A stretch of 64,000 bases of DNA, taken from assembly GCA_003162055.1 (NCBI GenBank), contig PMNA01000023.1, positions 9,713 through 73,712 of the forward strand, written 5' to 3'. A program made the position numbers and the translations under genes. The notes under the pieces are model-generated. The model searched no databases. It saw nothing but the letters and a program-made list of their open reading frames with translations, and was not told the DNA's origin. The stretch comes from Actinomycetota bacterium (lineage in GTDB: Bacteria > Actinomycetota > Thermoleophilia > Gaiellales > Gaiellaceae). This document shows positions 29,158 through 38,725 of this stretch, piece by piece (the first letter of the stretch is position 1; every line of letters starts with the position of its first letter).

Positions 29158-30774
29158 ATGAGTTGCCCCCTCACGCTCGGCCTGCGGCCGTACGTGATCG
29201 ACGTGTCCCCCGACAGCCGCGCGAGCGGTAATAAACAGCCCCCAAATGAGCCTCCCAAGATCTCGTTCCCTCCGAGCCACCTCATGACCGAGACAGTTGC
29301 CCGCGGATCGACAATCGGAACCGTTGATGGATTGCGGTTGCGTGCTCGCGCCAGAGCGGGCGTCGTCAAGCGCAGCGATCGCTTCTGGCGCCTGACCAGG
29401 CTGGGGCTCGATGTGGTGCTGCTCAGCGCAGCGGCGGTCGTCTCGAATCTCGCCTCACCAGCCGCGAACGTGCCTTCGAGCGGGTTTCTCTGGCCGGCAC
29501 TGTTCGTGCTCTCTGTCCTCGCGGTTCTGGCCAGCCGCGGCGCCTACTCACGGCGTCTGATGACCGATCTACTCGACGACATGCGCTCTCTCGTTATCGC
29601 TATCGGACTGGCGACGATGATCGTCGTGACGCTGCGCGTGATGCTCTACGCGGCGCCGCAGCATACGGCGGCGGAGACTCTACGCCTAGCTGTTTTCTCG
29701 GCGGTCTATCTCGCCGCCGGAAGAATTGGGTTGGATCTTTCGCGCCGGCACGCGCGCCGCGCGGGCGAGTCCGTCCCAACGCTCATCATCGGTGCGGGCA
29801 ACGTCGGGCATATGGCTGCTAAGCGGTTGCTCGAGCACCCCGAGTTGGGCCTGAAGCCGATCGGTTTCCTGGACAAGGAACCGCGTCAGGACATCGCTTC
29901 GAGTTCACACCTGCCGGTGCTGGGAGCCAGCTGGGACTTCGAGCAGGTTGTGCGTGAGCACGGCGTTGGCCAGGTGATCATCACTTTCTCGACGGCTCCC
30001 AACGACGTGCTTCTGCGCATGGTCAAGCGCGGCGAGGAGCTGGGCGTTGGCGTCTCGCTGGTGCCGCGCCTGTTCGAGAAGGTGACCGATAAGTTGACGA
30101 TCGATCATCTCGGCGGTCTGCCGTTGCTCACCTCGCATCCGTCCAACCCGTACGGCTGGCGGGTCGCGATCAAGTACGCGTCTGACCGGCTGCTGGCGCT
30201 CACAGCGCTGATCCTTCTCTCTCCCCTGATGCTTGCCGCCGCGCTGGCAACCTGGCTCTCGCTCGGGCGTCCAATCCTCTTCCGCCAGCTGCGGGTGGGT
30301 CGCGACGGCCGTGCCTTCGAGATGCTCAAGTTTCGTTCGATGCGCTTGAACTGGGAGGTTCCGGGCCAGGCCAACGAAGCCGTGGACCTGCCCGATGACG
30401 TCGCTCCCGGCGGCGTCGAGGGAGGCGATCGCCGCACCCGTATCGGCACCTTCCTGCGCAAGACCTCGATCGACGAGTTGCCGCAACTCTTCAACGTGCT
30501 CAAGGGCGACATGTCGTTGATCGGGCCGCGGCCCGAGCGTCCCGAGTACGTCGAGCTGTTCGAGTCGCGCGTCTATCGCTATAACGATCGCCAGCGCGTC
30601 AAGTCCGGGATCACCGGCTGGGCGCAGATTAACGGCCTGCGCGGCAAGACCTCGCTCTCCGATCGGGTCGAGTGGGACAACTACTACATCGAGAACTGGT
30701 CGCTCTGGCTCGACTTCAAGATTGCGCTCAAGACCGCGTTCGCGGTCGCCAGCTACTTCGCCGAAGTTAAGTAA
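29158..30774 (+). CDS. polyprenyl-phosphate hexose-1-phosphate transferase (WbaP/CpsE-type priming sugar transferase)
   Basis: 538 aa. N-terminal TM segments are followed by a Rossmann-like linker (LIIGAGNVG) and the bacterial sugar transferase domain (KRLLDLT-like ASDRLLALTALILLSPLMLAAALATWLSLGRPILFRQLRVGRDGRAFEMLKFRSM, DELPQLFNVLKGDMSLIGPRPERPEY, GITGWAQING). The start may instead be the ATG at 29284. Confidence 0.88.
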   Translation: MSCPLTLGLRPYVIDVSPDSRASGNKQPPNEPPKISFPPSHLMTETVARGSTIGTVDGLRLRARARAGVVKRSDRFWRLTRLGLDVVLLSAAAVVSNLASPAANVPSSGFLWPALFVLSVLAVLASRGAYSRRLMTDLLDDMRSLVIAIGLATMIVVTLRVMLYAAPQHTAAETLRLAVFSAVYLAAGRIGLDLSRRHARRAGESVPTLIIGAGNVGHMAAKRLLEHPELGLKPIGFLDKEPRQDIASSSHLPVLGASWDFEQVVREHGVGQVIITFSTAPNDVLLRMVKRGEELGVGVSLVPRLFEKVTDKLTIDHLGGLPLLTSHPSNPYGWRVAIKYASDRLLALTALILLSPLMLAAALATWLSLGRPILFRQLRVGRDGRAFEMLKFRSMRLNWEVPGQANEAVDLPDDVAPGGVEGGDRRTRIGTFLRKTSIDELPQLFNVLKGDMSLIGPRPERPEYVELFESRVYRYNDRQRVKSGITGWAQINGLRGKTSLSDRVEWDNYYIENWSLWLDFKIALKTAFAVASYFAEVK

Positions 30775-31365
30775 GGGTCCGTCTCCCTGCACTCCGATTC
30801 GCCGCCAACGACGACGCGACCCGCAAGGCGCTGGAGATACGTTGGCCTGGCCGTAGTCGCTTCGCTTGGTGTGCTCGCTCTCTGCTCCTCGGCCACCGCA
30901 AAAAGCGAGCGCGCTGACTCCTGCTTGCACGAAGTGGGTGATGAGAACGCCCGCCTACGTGAGAGCCGATCGCGTCGACAAGCTCTCGGGTCGCTGCAAG
31001 CGCGTGTCCGAGAAGCAGACGATCCCGACCAGCTTCGATCCGGCCTAGCGCCCGCGCTCGGCGGGCGCACTTGGTCTGCGCTCGAAGGCTACTCCGGCGT
31101 TTCGTCGTGATACCTACGCTCTTGGCAGCGGGTAGCGCAGTTGAGTTTCCGACGTCAACTACCACTACTGGGATACGTCGGCCCGCCGATAAGGTCTGAA
31201 ACGAGAGACGCAACAGAGCGTCGAGTCGGAGAAAAACCGATGCCCATACGATCGGAGCCCACCGGTGTCCGATTTGAGCACGCAACGCTCAGCTAAAATG
31301 TGATTTGACAGGAGCCACGCGGCTGAGATCGTGAGCCAGTCGACGGAGAAAGGGGGTCGAGAGGG

Positions 31366-33909
31366 TTGTTCGAGCGATTTACCGAGCGGGCCAGGCAGGT
31401 AGTCGTACTTGCGCAGGACGAGGCTCGTGCTCTCAAGCACAACTACATCGGTACCGAGCACATCCTGCTCGGGCTCCTTCGTGAGGAGGAGGGCCTCGCC
31501 GCGCGCGTGCTCGAGTCGCTCGACATCACTGTCGAAGAGGTCAGGGCGCAGGTGGCCCGCATCGTCGGTCAGGGCGACGAGGTCACGACCGGCCAGATTC
31601 CCTTCACTCCGCGCGCCAAGAAGGTGCTGGAACTGGCGCTCAGAGAAGCGCTGTCACTCGGCCACAACTACATCGGTACCGAGCACATCCTGCTCGGGCT
31701 GGTGCGCGAGAACGAAGGCGTGGCGGCGCGCATCCTGCTCGATTTCGACGCCGACGCCGAGAAGATTCGCAACGAGATCATCCGTATGCTCTCCGGCCCC
31801 GGGCGCCGCCAACAGGGCGCCGCGGCGGGCGCGGCAGGCGGCGAGAGGTCGAAGAGCTCCAAGCTGCTCGACCAGTTCGGGCGCAACCTGACCAAGCTGG
31901 CCACCGATGGCAAGCTCGACCCCGTGGTCGGGCGCCAGACCGAGATCGAGCGCGTGATGCAGATTCTCTCGCGCCGCACCAAGAACAACCCGGTCTTGAT
32001 CGGAGAGCCCGGCGTCGGCAAGACCGCCGTCGTCGAGGGCCTCGCACAGCGCATCTCCAGCGGCAACATTCCCGAGCTGCTCAAGGGCAAGCAGATCTAC
32101 ACGCTCGACCTGGCGGCGTTGGTGGCCGGCTCCAAGTATCGCGGCGAGTTCGAGGAGCGGCTGAAGAAGGTCATGAAGGAGATCGGCCAGCGCGGCGACA
32201 TCATCCTGTTCATAGACGAGATACACAACCTTGTCGGCGCGGGCGCGGCCGAGGGTGCGATCGACGCGGCTTCGATTCTCAAGCCGGCGCTGTCGCGCGG
32301 CGAGCTGCAGACGATCGGTGCCACTACGCTCGACGAGTACCGCAAGTACCTGGAGCGCGACGCCGCGCTCGAACGCCGCTTCCAGCAGATTCGCGTCGAT
32401 GAGCCCTCTGTCGACGACACGATTCAGATCCTGCGCGGCCTGCGTGACCGTTACGAAGCGCATCACCGCTGCAAGATCTCCGACGCCGCGCTCGACGCCG
32501 CCGCGCAGCTGGCCGACCGCTACATCCAGGATCGTCACCTGCCCGATAAGGCCATCGACCTGATCGACGAGGCCGCCTCGCGCATGCGCATCAAGACCAT
32601 GAGTGCGCCTCCGCGCTACCGCGAGCTCGAGGAAGAGATCGAGACGGTGCGCAAGGAGAAGGAGGCCTCGATCGAGGCCCAGGAATTCGAGAAAGCCGCG
32701 GCGCTCAGAGACAAGGAACGCAAGCTGAGCCAGAAGCGCAAGGAGCTAGAGGAGTCCTGGCGCGACGAGGAGGACGCGGCCGAGCAGCCCGAGATCGGCG
32801 AGGAAGAGATCGCCGACATCGTCTCGATGTGGACGGGCATCCCCGTCTTCAAGCTCACCGAGGCCGAGACGCAGAAGCTCGTCCGCATGGAGGACGAGCT
32901 GCACAAGCGCGTGATCGGCCAGCATCCGGCGATCGAGGCCGTCTCCAAGGCGATCAGGCGCGCCCGCGCCGGCATCAAGGATCCAAAGCGCCCGACCGGC
33001 TCGTTCATCTTCCTGGGGCCTTCAGGCGTCGGCAAGACCGAGCTGGCGCGCACCCTGGCCGAATTCCTGTTCGGCGACGAGGAAGCCATGATCCAGGTCG
33101 ACATGTCGGAGTACATGGAGAAGCACTCCGTGTCGCGACTGGTCGGCTCGCCTCCGGGTTATGTCGGTTACGACGAGGGTGGGCAGCTGACCGAATCGGT
33201 GCGGCGCAAGCCGTATTCGGTGCTGCTGATGGACGAGGTCGAGAAGGCTCACCCCGACGTTTTCAACATCCTGCTGCAGATTCTCGAGGACGGAAAGCTG
33301 ACCGACTCGCAGGGACGCAAGGTCGACTTCCGCAACACAATCGTGATCATGACCTCGAACCTGGGCGCGGCTCAGATCTCCAAGAACCAGTCGCTCGGCT
33401 TCTCCTCGAGCGACGAGGCCGGCCTCTCCTACGAGGAAATGAAGTCACGCGTGACCGGCGAGTTGAAGAAGGTCTTCCGGCCCGAGCTCCTGAACCGCAT
33501 CGACGAGGTAATCGTCTTCCACAAGCTCGAGAAGACCGAGATCAAACAGATCATTGACCTGATGCTGAGGCGTCTGCGCGAGCAGATCGCCGTGCACAAG
33601 GTGACGATCGAGCTGACCGACGAGGCCAAGGACCTGCTGGTCGAGCAGGGCTTCGATCCGGCCATGGGCGCCCGCCCGTTGCGCCGGGCCATTCAGCGTC
33701 TGATCGAGGACCCGCTGGCCGACTTCGTGCTCGGCGCCGAGCTGATGCCGGGAGCCACGCTGGTCGTCGATCGCAAGAAGGGCACCGAGGAAGTCGAGAT
33801 CAAGATCATCCCCGGTACCGAGCCCGTGCTCGAAGAAGAGCCCGAGAAGGTCGCCGTCTCCGGCGACGCGGGCGACAAAGAGTCCGAGAAGAGCAGCGAA
33901 GAGAAGTAG
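31366..33909 (+). CDS. clpC: ATP-dependent Clp protease ATP-binding subunit ClpC
   Basis: 847 aa, with a TTG start after the purine-rich gaaagggggtcgagaggg. Duplicated Clp_N repeats ([12 protein letters not shown] twice), two AAA+ modules ([16 protein letters not shown]) and a UVR-type linker ([12 protein letters not shown]). Confidence 0.97.
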   Translation: MFERFTERARQVVVLAQDEARALKHNYIGTEHILLGLLREEEGLAARVLESLDITVEEVRAQVARIVGQGDEVTTGQIPFTPRAKKVLELALREALSLGHNYIGTEHILLGLVRENEGVAARILLDFDADAEKIRNEIIRMLSGPGRRQQGAAAGAAGGERSKSSKLLDQFGRNLTKLATDGKLDPVVGRQTEIERVMQILSRRTKNNPVLIGEPGVGKTAVVEGLAQRISSGNIPELLKGKQIYTLDLAALVAGSKYRGEFEERLKKVMKEIGQRGDIILFIDEIHNLVGAGAAEGAIDAASILKPALSRGELQTIGATTLDEYRKYLERDAALERRFQQIRVDEPSVDDTIQILRGLRDRYEAHHRCKISDAALDAAAQLADRYIQDRHLPDKAIDLIDEAASRMRIKTMSAPPRYRELEEEIETVRKEKEASIEAQEFEKAAALRDKERKLSQKRKELEESWRDEEDAAEQPEIGEEEIADIVSMWTGIPVFKLTEAETQKLVRMEDELHKRVIGQHPAIEAVSKAIRRARAGIKDPKRPTGSFIFLGPSGVGKTELARTLAEFLFGDEEAMIQVDMSEYMEKHSVSRLVGSPPGYVGYDEGGQLTESVRRKPYSVLLMDEVEKAHPDVFNILLQILEDGKLTDSQGRKVDFRNTIVIMTSNLGAAQISKNQSLGFSSSDEAGLSYEEMKSRVTGELKKVFRPELLNRIDEVIVFHKLEKTEIKQIIDLMLRRLREQIAVHKVTIELTDEAKDLLVEQGFDPAMGARPLRRAIQRLIEDPLADFVLGAELMPGATLVVDRKKGTEEVEIKIIPGTEPVLEEEPEKVAVSGDAGDKESEKSSEEK

Positions 33910-33917
33910 CTCGCGAC

Positions 33918-33933
33918 GGCGGGCTTTCCCGCC
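33918..33933 (+). terminator. possible stem-loop downstream of clpC
   Basis: GGCGGG cttt CCCGCC lies 9 nt after the clpC stop. There is no clear U-tract. Confidence 0.3.
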
Positions 33934-34065
33934 CGAGACGAGCAGATGAATTGTTTCGCTCGCGCTGAGGACGGCTAATAGGCCGTAGAGAGCACGCTCG
34001 AAGAGCGAGCCTACAACTCGTGCCCGAGCCCGTATTGATCAAGCGAGAAGCGACTGGAGGACGGA

Positions 34066-34464
34066 ATGAAGGGATACAACGGAGACATCGAAGAGCTGAC
34101 GCTGCAGAACGACAACTTTCGCAAGGTCCTCTACACCCATACGCACAGCCAGCTCGTTCTGATGAGCCTGAAGCCGAACGAGGACATCGGTTCGGAGGTC
34201 CACGAGGACAACGACCAGTTCTTCCGCTTCGAGTCGGGCCAGGGCCGTGTCGTCATCGACGGCAACGAGTACGAGGTGTCGGACGGCTCGGCGATCATCG
34301 TTCCGTCGGGCGCCGAGCACAACGTCATCAACACCTCGGGTAGCGAGGCGCTGAAGATGTACACGATCTACTCGCCGGCTCATCACAAGGACGGCATCGT
34401 GCGGGCGACCAAGGCCGAGGCCGAGGCCGATTCGCCCGAGTACGACGGTCAGAACAGCGAATAG
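34066..34464 (+). CDS. cupin domain protein
   Basis: 132 aa. The two cupin motifs are GSEVHEDNDQFFRFESGQG and IIVPSGAEHNVIN. Confidence 0.7.
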   Translation: MKGYNGDIEELTLQNDNFRKVLYTHTHSQLVLMSLKPNEDIGSEVHEDNDQFFRFESGQGRVVIDGNEYEVSDGSAIIVPSGAEHNVINTSGSEALKMYTIYSPAHHKDGIVRATKAEAEADSPEYDGQNSE

Positions 34465-34651
34465 CCGCGGCGTTAGCCCGACTTCGGGGCGCAGCGCAAA
34501 CGAATAATCCGGCCGCCGCGACCGGCATGACGGGCGCGGCTTACAAGACGCCATCCCCCGGCCGCATCTGTTTTTCGCCGCCGAAAGTTTTCGCCGGCTC
34601 AGCCGGCGGACTTTTGGCGGATACGTCTGCACCGCGCCGTAGACTCGCGGG

Positions 34652-36016
34652 GTGGCAAAGACGGCTACCCAGTTTTCCTGCACTGAGTGCGGCTACTCGA
34701 CCGGGCGCTGGCTCGGGCGCTGCCCGAGCTGTGAGAGCTTCGGCACGCTGACCGAGGAGGTATTAGAGAGGCTCCCCGTAAGTGCGCCGAGAGTGGGGCG
34801 GCCGACGCTACGCCTGGTCGAGGTCGAATCCAACGAGAGCGACCGCATCCCGACCGGCGTGCCCGAGCTCGACCGGGTGCTCGGGGGAGGGCTGGTGCCG
34901 GCCTCGCTCGTGCTCGTCGGCGGCGAGCCGGGAATCGGAAAGTCAACGCTGCTACTGGCCGCGCTGCGCGCGATCGCCGAAGAGCGCCGCGGCCTGCTCG
35001 TCTCGGGCGAGGAGTCAGTGGCCCAGGTCGGGCTCAGGGCCGAGCGTCTGGGCGGCGCCGGCAAGATCGAGATTCTGGCCGAGACGGAGCTGGAAGTGGT
35101 CTGCGAGACGCTGGAGCGCGAGCGCCCCGAGGTCTGCGTGATCGATTCGGTGCAGACGCTATATTCATCGCAGCTGGGCTCGGCGCCGGGCTCGGTGGCG
35201 CAGGTCCGCGAGGCAGCTTCGCGGCTGCAGCGCCTGGCCAAGGAGAACGGCATCGCCGTGTTCCTCGTCGGGCACGTGACCAAGGACGGCGCTGTGGCCG
35301 GGCCGCGCGTGCTCGAGCACCTGGTCGACTGCGTGCTGCAGTTCGAGGGCGACCGCTACCACGAGCACCGCATCCTGCGCGCGACCAAGAACCGCTTCGG
35401 CTCGACCAACGAGCTCGGCGTCTTCGAGATGACCTCCGCCGGTCTGATCGGAATCCCCGATGCCTCGGCGCTGTTCGGTCGCTCGGAGCCCGGCGAGGTC
35501 GGCGCCGCGGTCGCCTGCACGCTCGAGGGCTCGCGCCCGATCCTGCTCGAAATCCAGGCGCTCGTGGCACGGAGCGAGTTGGCCATGCCGCGCCGAGTCG
35601 GCACCGGTGTCGATCCGAAGCGCCTGGCGATGATCGTTGCGGTGCTCTCGCGCCACGCGCGCTTGGCGCTCGGGCAGGCCGACGTGTTCGTCAACGTCGC
35701 CGGCGGCGTACGTATTGAGGAGCCCGGCGCCGACCTGGCGATCGCCCTGGCCATCGCTTCGGCGGCGCGGGGCGCGCCGATGCGCCCGGGGCTCGCGGCC
35801 TTCGCCGAGATCGGCTTGACGGGGCGCTTGCGCGCGGCGACCCAGGCAGATCGCCGGGCGGGCGAGTGCGCCAAGCTCGGGCTCGAGTGCGCTCTCGTCT
35901 GCGAGGGCAGCGTCAAGAACGGGGCCGGATTGGAGCTGATCGAGGTGACGAGGCTCGGGAAGGCGCTGGCGTTGGGGCTGGAGTCGCGCAGGGGCGAGCC
36001 CGAGCCGGAGCTCTAA
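34652..36016 (+). CDS. radA: DNA repair protein RadA/Sms
   Basis: 454 aa, GTG start. It has a zinc finger (FSCTECGYSTGRWLGRCPSCESFGT), Walker A GGEPGIGKST, the KNRFG motif and a Lon-like C-terminal domain. Confidence 0.95.
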   Translation: MAKTATQFSCTECGYSTGRWLGRCPSCESFGTLTEEVLERLPVSAPRVGRPTLRLVEVESNESDRIPTGVPELDRVLGGGLVPASLVLVGGEPGIGKSTLLLAALRAIAEERRGLLVSGEESVAQVGLRAERLGGAGKIEILAETELEVVCETLERERPEVCVIDSVQTLYSSQLGSAPGSVAQVREAASRLQRLAKENGIAVFLVGHVTKDGAVAGPRVLEHLVDCVLQFEGDRYHEHRILRATKNRFGSTNELGVFEMTSAGLIGIPDASALFGRSEPGEVGAAVACTLEGSRPILLEIQALVARSELAMPRRVGTGVDPKRLAMIVAVLSRHARLALGQADVFVNVAGGVRIEEPGADLAIALAIASAARGAPMRPGLAAFAEIGLTGRLRAATQADRRAGECAKLGLECALVCEGSVKNGAGLELIEVTRLGKALALGLESRRGEPEPEL

Positions 36017-36260
36017 GCGCCCATTTCGCTAGGTCTGCACAACTCGATGCGGCCGCCCCACGGCGCCAGTGACCAACCGGACCGCTCACCGCACTACCGG
36101 TGCGCCTTCGCGGCCCGTGCGGCCCCTGGCATCCACGGCTCGACCCCCTCGAGCGCACATCCCTAACGAAATAGGCTCTAAGCCGTCTTTCGATCCGAAA
36201 CGCGGTCTGAGCAGGGGTTTTTCTAAAAACGCCTGAAAAGGTGCGTTTTCCAGCGTTTTT

Positions 36261-36269
36261 TGCTATCAT
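36261..36269 (+). promoter_or_regulatory. candidate extended -10 promoter element TGCTATCAT upstream of carD
   Basis: It sits in an unusually AT-rich patch about 75 nt upstream of the carD start. No convincing -35 element was seen. Confidence 0.3.
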
Positions 36270-36344
36270 GGAACAGTATTCCGCCGGCGGGATTAGTACC
36301 GACCGCCGGCCTTTTCGCGAACACAGCTCGAAAGGGAGTGTCGC

Positions 36345-36884
36345 TTGTTTGAGGTTGGCGAGAAAGTCGTGTACCCGCATCATGGTGCGGGGACGGTGGT
36401 CGAGAAGGAGATGCGAACGGTGCTCGGCCAGAAGCGCGAGTACCTGACGATCAGGATCCTTCACAACGATATGACCGTCCAGGTTCCCAGTGAGAACGCC
36501 GAGCGAGTTGGATTACGCCCGGTGATCGAGGAGGCGGAGATCGACAGCGTCATCGTCGCTCTCACCGCCGGCAAGACCGAGATGCCTAAGAACTGGAACC
36601 GCCGCTTCAAGCACAACCGCGACAAGATGAAGACGGGCGACATCCTCGAGTTGTCGGAAGTAGTGCAGAACCTGTCCCTGCGCGATTTCGAGAAGGGGCT
36701 CTCCACCGGCGAGAAGCAGATGTTCGTCAAGGCCAAGAAGATTCTCTCCAGCGAGCTGATGTATGCGCTCGATCTGAGCGAGGAAGAGGCGGCCGCATGG
36801 TTGGAGAACGTACTGAGCAGGAACGGCAAGAAGTCGTCGCGCTCCAGCTCGAGCAAGCAAGAGGCGGTCGTAGCTTCCGTCTAG
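36345..36884 (+). CDS. carD: CarD/CdnL family RNA-polymerase-binding transcription regulator
   Basis: 179 aa, TTG start. The N-terminal RNAP-interaction domain reads FEVGEKVVYPHHGAGTVVEKE...EYLTIRI. It sits immediately upstream of ispD, as in Actinomycetota. Confidence 0.92.
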   Translation: MFEVGEKVVYPHHGAGTVVEKEMRTVLGQKREYLTIRILHNDMTVQVPSENAERVGLRPVIEEAEIDSVIVALTAGKTEMPKNWNRRFKHNRDKMKTGDILELSEVVQNLSLRDFEKGLSTGEKQMFVKAKKILSSELMYALDLSEEEAAAWLENVLSRNGKKSSRSSSSKQEAVVASV

Positions 36885-36894
36885 TCATGGCGGA

Positions 36895-37623
36895 GTGCTC
36901 GCCGTCGAGGAGACAGCGGTCGGCGGATCGACTGTGACGAGCGCGTCGGTTTGGGCAGTCGTCTGCGCCGCGGGAGCGGGAAAGCGGCTCGCCGGAACGC
37001 GGCCGAAGGCGTTCGCGGCACTGGCCGGGCGTCCGCTGTTGGCCGAGAGCCTCGAGCGGCTAGACAGCTGCGAAGCGATCGACGGTATCGTCGTCGCCGC
37101 GCCGCCGGGCTGGGAGGAGGCCACAATTCTCCTCTCCGAGGAGCTCGACTGCGACAAGGTCAGCACGGTGGTGCGCGGAGGCCGTAAGCGCGGCGAGAGC
37201 GTTCGCTTGGCCCTGGCGGAGATTCCCGAGGAGGTCGAGCAGGTGCTCGTCCACGACGCCGCCCGTCCGCTCGTGAGCGCCGAGGTGATAAGGCGCGTGC
37301 TCGGCCCGCTGAGCCAGGATTGGGACGCGGTCGTGCCGGCGCTGCCGCTGACCGACACCATCAAGCTCGTCGCAGGCGAGCGTGTCGTCGAAACACCCGA
37401 GCGCAGCTCGCTCGTCGCCGTCCAGACACCGCAGGCCTTTTGCGCCGAGGCGCTTCGCGCCGCCTACGCCGAGGAGCACGACGAGGCGACCGACTGCTCG
37501 ACGTTGGTCGAGCGGCGCGGCGGTCGAGTCATCTGGGTCGAGGGCGACCTGCACCTGCACAAGGTGACCACGGCAGACGATCTGCTTCTGGTCGAGAACT
37601 GGCTGACGAAAGAGAGAAGATGA
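36895..37623 (+). CDS. ispD: 2-C-methyl-D-erythritol 4-phosphate cytidylyltransferase
   Basis: It has WAVVCAAGAGKRL (the P-loop-like PAAGxGxR motif), VLVHDAARPL and AVQTPQAF. The start is more likely the GTG at 36934 than 36895. Confidence 0.9.
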   Translation: MLAVEETAVGGSTVTSASVWAVVCAAGAGKRLAGTRPKAFAALAGRPLLAESLERLDSCEAIDGIVVAAPPGWEEATILLSEELDCDKVSTVVRGGRKRGESVRLALAEIPEEVEQVLVHDAARPLVSAEVIRRVLGPLSQDWDAVVPALPLTDTIKLVAGERVVETPERSSLVAVQTPQAFCAEALRAAYAEEHDEATDCSTLVERRGGRVIWVEGDLHLHKVTTADDLLLVENWLTKERR

Positions 37624-38099
37624 GCGAGCTCAGGGTGGGCCTCGGCATCGACGCGCACGCCTTCGCGGCGGGAGTGCCGCTTGTGCTTGGCGGGGTCGCC
37701 ATTGAGCACGGGCGCGGTCTCGCCGGGCACTCCGACGGTGACGTGATCGCCCACGCCCTGATCGACGCTTTGCTCGGTGCGGCCGGACTGGGCGACATCG
37801 GCTCGCTCTTTCCTTCCAGCGACGAGCGCTGGCGAGGCGCCGACTCGCTCGATCTGCTCGCCCGTGCCTACGGCGAGGTGCGCGGCGCCGGCTGGGCGCT
37901 GGTCAACGCCGACTGCGTTCTCATCGGCGAGGAGCCGCGGATCGCAGCCCGGCGCGAGGAGATGCAGGAGCAGCTGGCCGCAGCGCTGTCGGTCGAGCCG
38001 GGATGCGTGGCCGTGCGGGCCACGACTACCGACGGGCTCGGCTTTGCGGGCCGTGGTGAGGGCTTGGCCGCCCAGGCTGTGGCGTTGCTGGAAAGATAA
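37620..38099 (+). CDS. ispF: 2-C-methyl-D-erythritol 2,4-cyclodiphosphate synthase
   Basis: 160 aa from the ATG at 37620 (ATGA overlap with the ispD stop). Motifs are RVGLGIDAHAF, GHSDGDVIAHALIDALLGAAGLGDIGSLFP and TTTDGLGFAGRGEG. Confidence 0.95.
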   Translation: MSELRVGLGIDAHAFAAGVPLVLGGVAIEHGRGLAGHSDGDVIAHALIDALLGAAGLGDIGSLFPSSDERWRGADSLDLLARAYGEVRGAGWALVNADCVLIGEEPRIAARREEMQEQLAAALSVEPGCVAVRATTTDGLGFAGRGEGLAAQAVALLER

Positions 38100-38123
38100 G
38101 CTCGCGCGAGTTGGGCGCGGCGC

Positions 38124-38657
38124 TCACGAGCGGCCTCGGCGGCGGTTCGGCTTTCTTCGCTTGCGGGCGTGAGGATTGCGGCGCTCTTCCTCTTTCTCGC
38201 CCTTCTTCTTTTTCTTGTCCTTGCGCTTGTCCTTTGCCTTTTCCTTGGCGCTCTTCTGCTGCTGCAGGCCTTGGCGCTCGAGCTGGCGCCGAATCTGCCT
38301 GTTGGACACACCCGAGCCCGTGCTTTGTTGTTGTTCGGCGGCTTCCATCCAGGCGCGGCGCTCGGCGGAGGAGAGCAGCGACAGGGACTTCTGCATTCGC
38401 TGCGGGTCGCGCATCGCGCCGGCTCGCTCGAGCTTCTTCATCGCGCTGGCGAGTAGCGGGTTCGAGCGTTCCAGGGCCGACTCTGAGAGCTTTTTGAGCC
38501 CGCGCCCGAGCAGCGGCGTCTTCATCACCCCGGCCACGATCGGGCGCGCATAACGGCCGCCCTTGATCCGGCTCAGGATGGCGAAGACTCCGAGCAGTAG
38601 AGTCAGGAAGAGCAGAACCCAAACGGGAGTCAGGAGCCAGAAAATGGAGGCAATCAT
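38124..38657 (-). CDS. hypothetical membrane-anchored protein with Lys/Arg-rich C-terminal tail
   Basis: 177 aa. An N-terminal TM segment (IFWLLTPVWVLLFLTLLLGVFAIL) is followed by helical segments and the tail KSAKEKAKDKRKDKKKKKGEKEEERRNPHARKRRKPNRRRGRS. I do not recognise a family. Confidence 0.5.
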   Translation of the reverse strand: MIASIFWLLTPVWVLLFLTLLLGVFAILSRIKGGRYARPIVAGVMKTPLLGRGLKKLSESALERSNPLLASAMKKLERAGAMRDPQRMQKSLSLLSSAERRAWMEAAEQQQSTGSGVSNRQIRRQLERQGLQQQKSAKEKAKDKRKDKKKKKGEKEEERRNPHARKRRKPNRRRGRS

Positions 38658-38725
38658 CGCCGACGATCCTAGCGGTCGGCGCAGCCGCAGGTGTGAGAAA
38701 GCGCCGTACTGGCAACCGCCGGTCG

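Noticed and set aside
30775-31110. A lipoprotein-like open frame (…VGLAVVASLGVLALCSSATAKSER…) follows the WbaP-like gene.
   Set aside because: There is no ATG, GTG or TTG upstream of the hydrophobic core. The only start (GTG at 30871) would delete the signal peptide, and the downstream sequence is Arg/Ser-rich. I treat it as a possible decayed gene and do not call it as a CDS.
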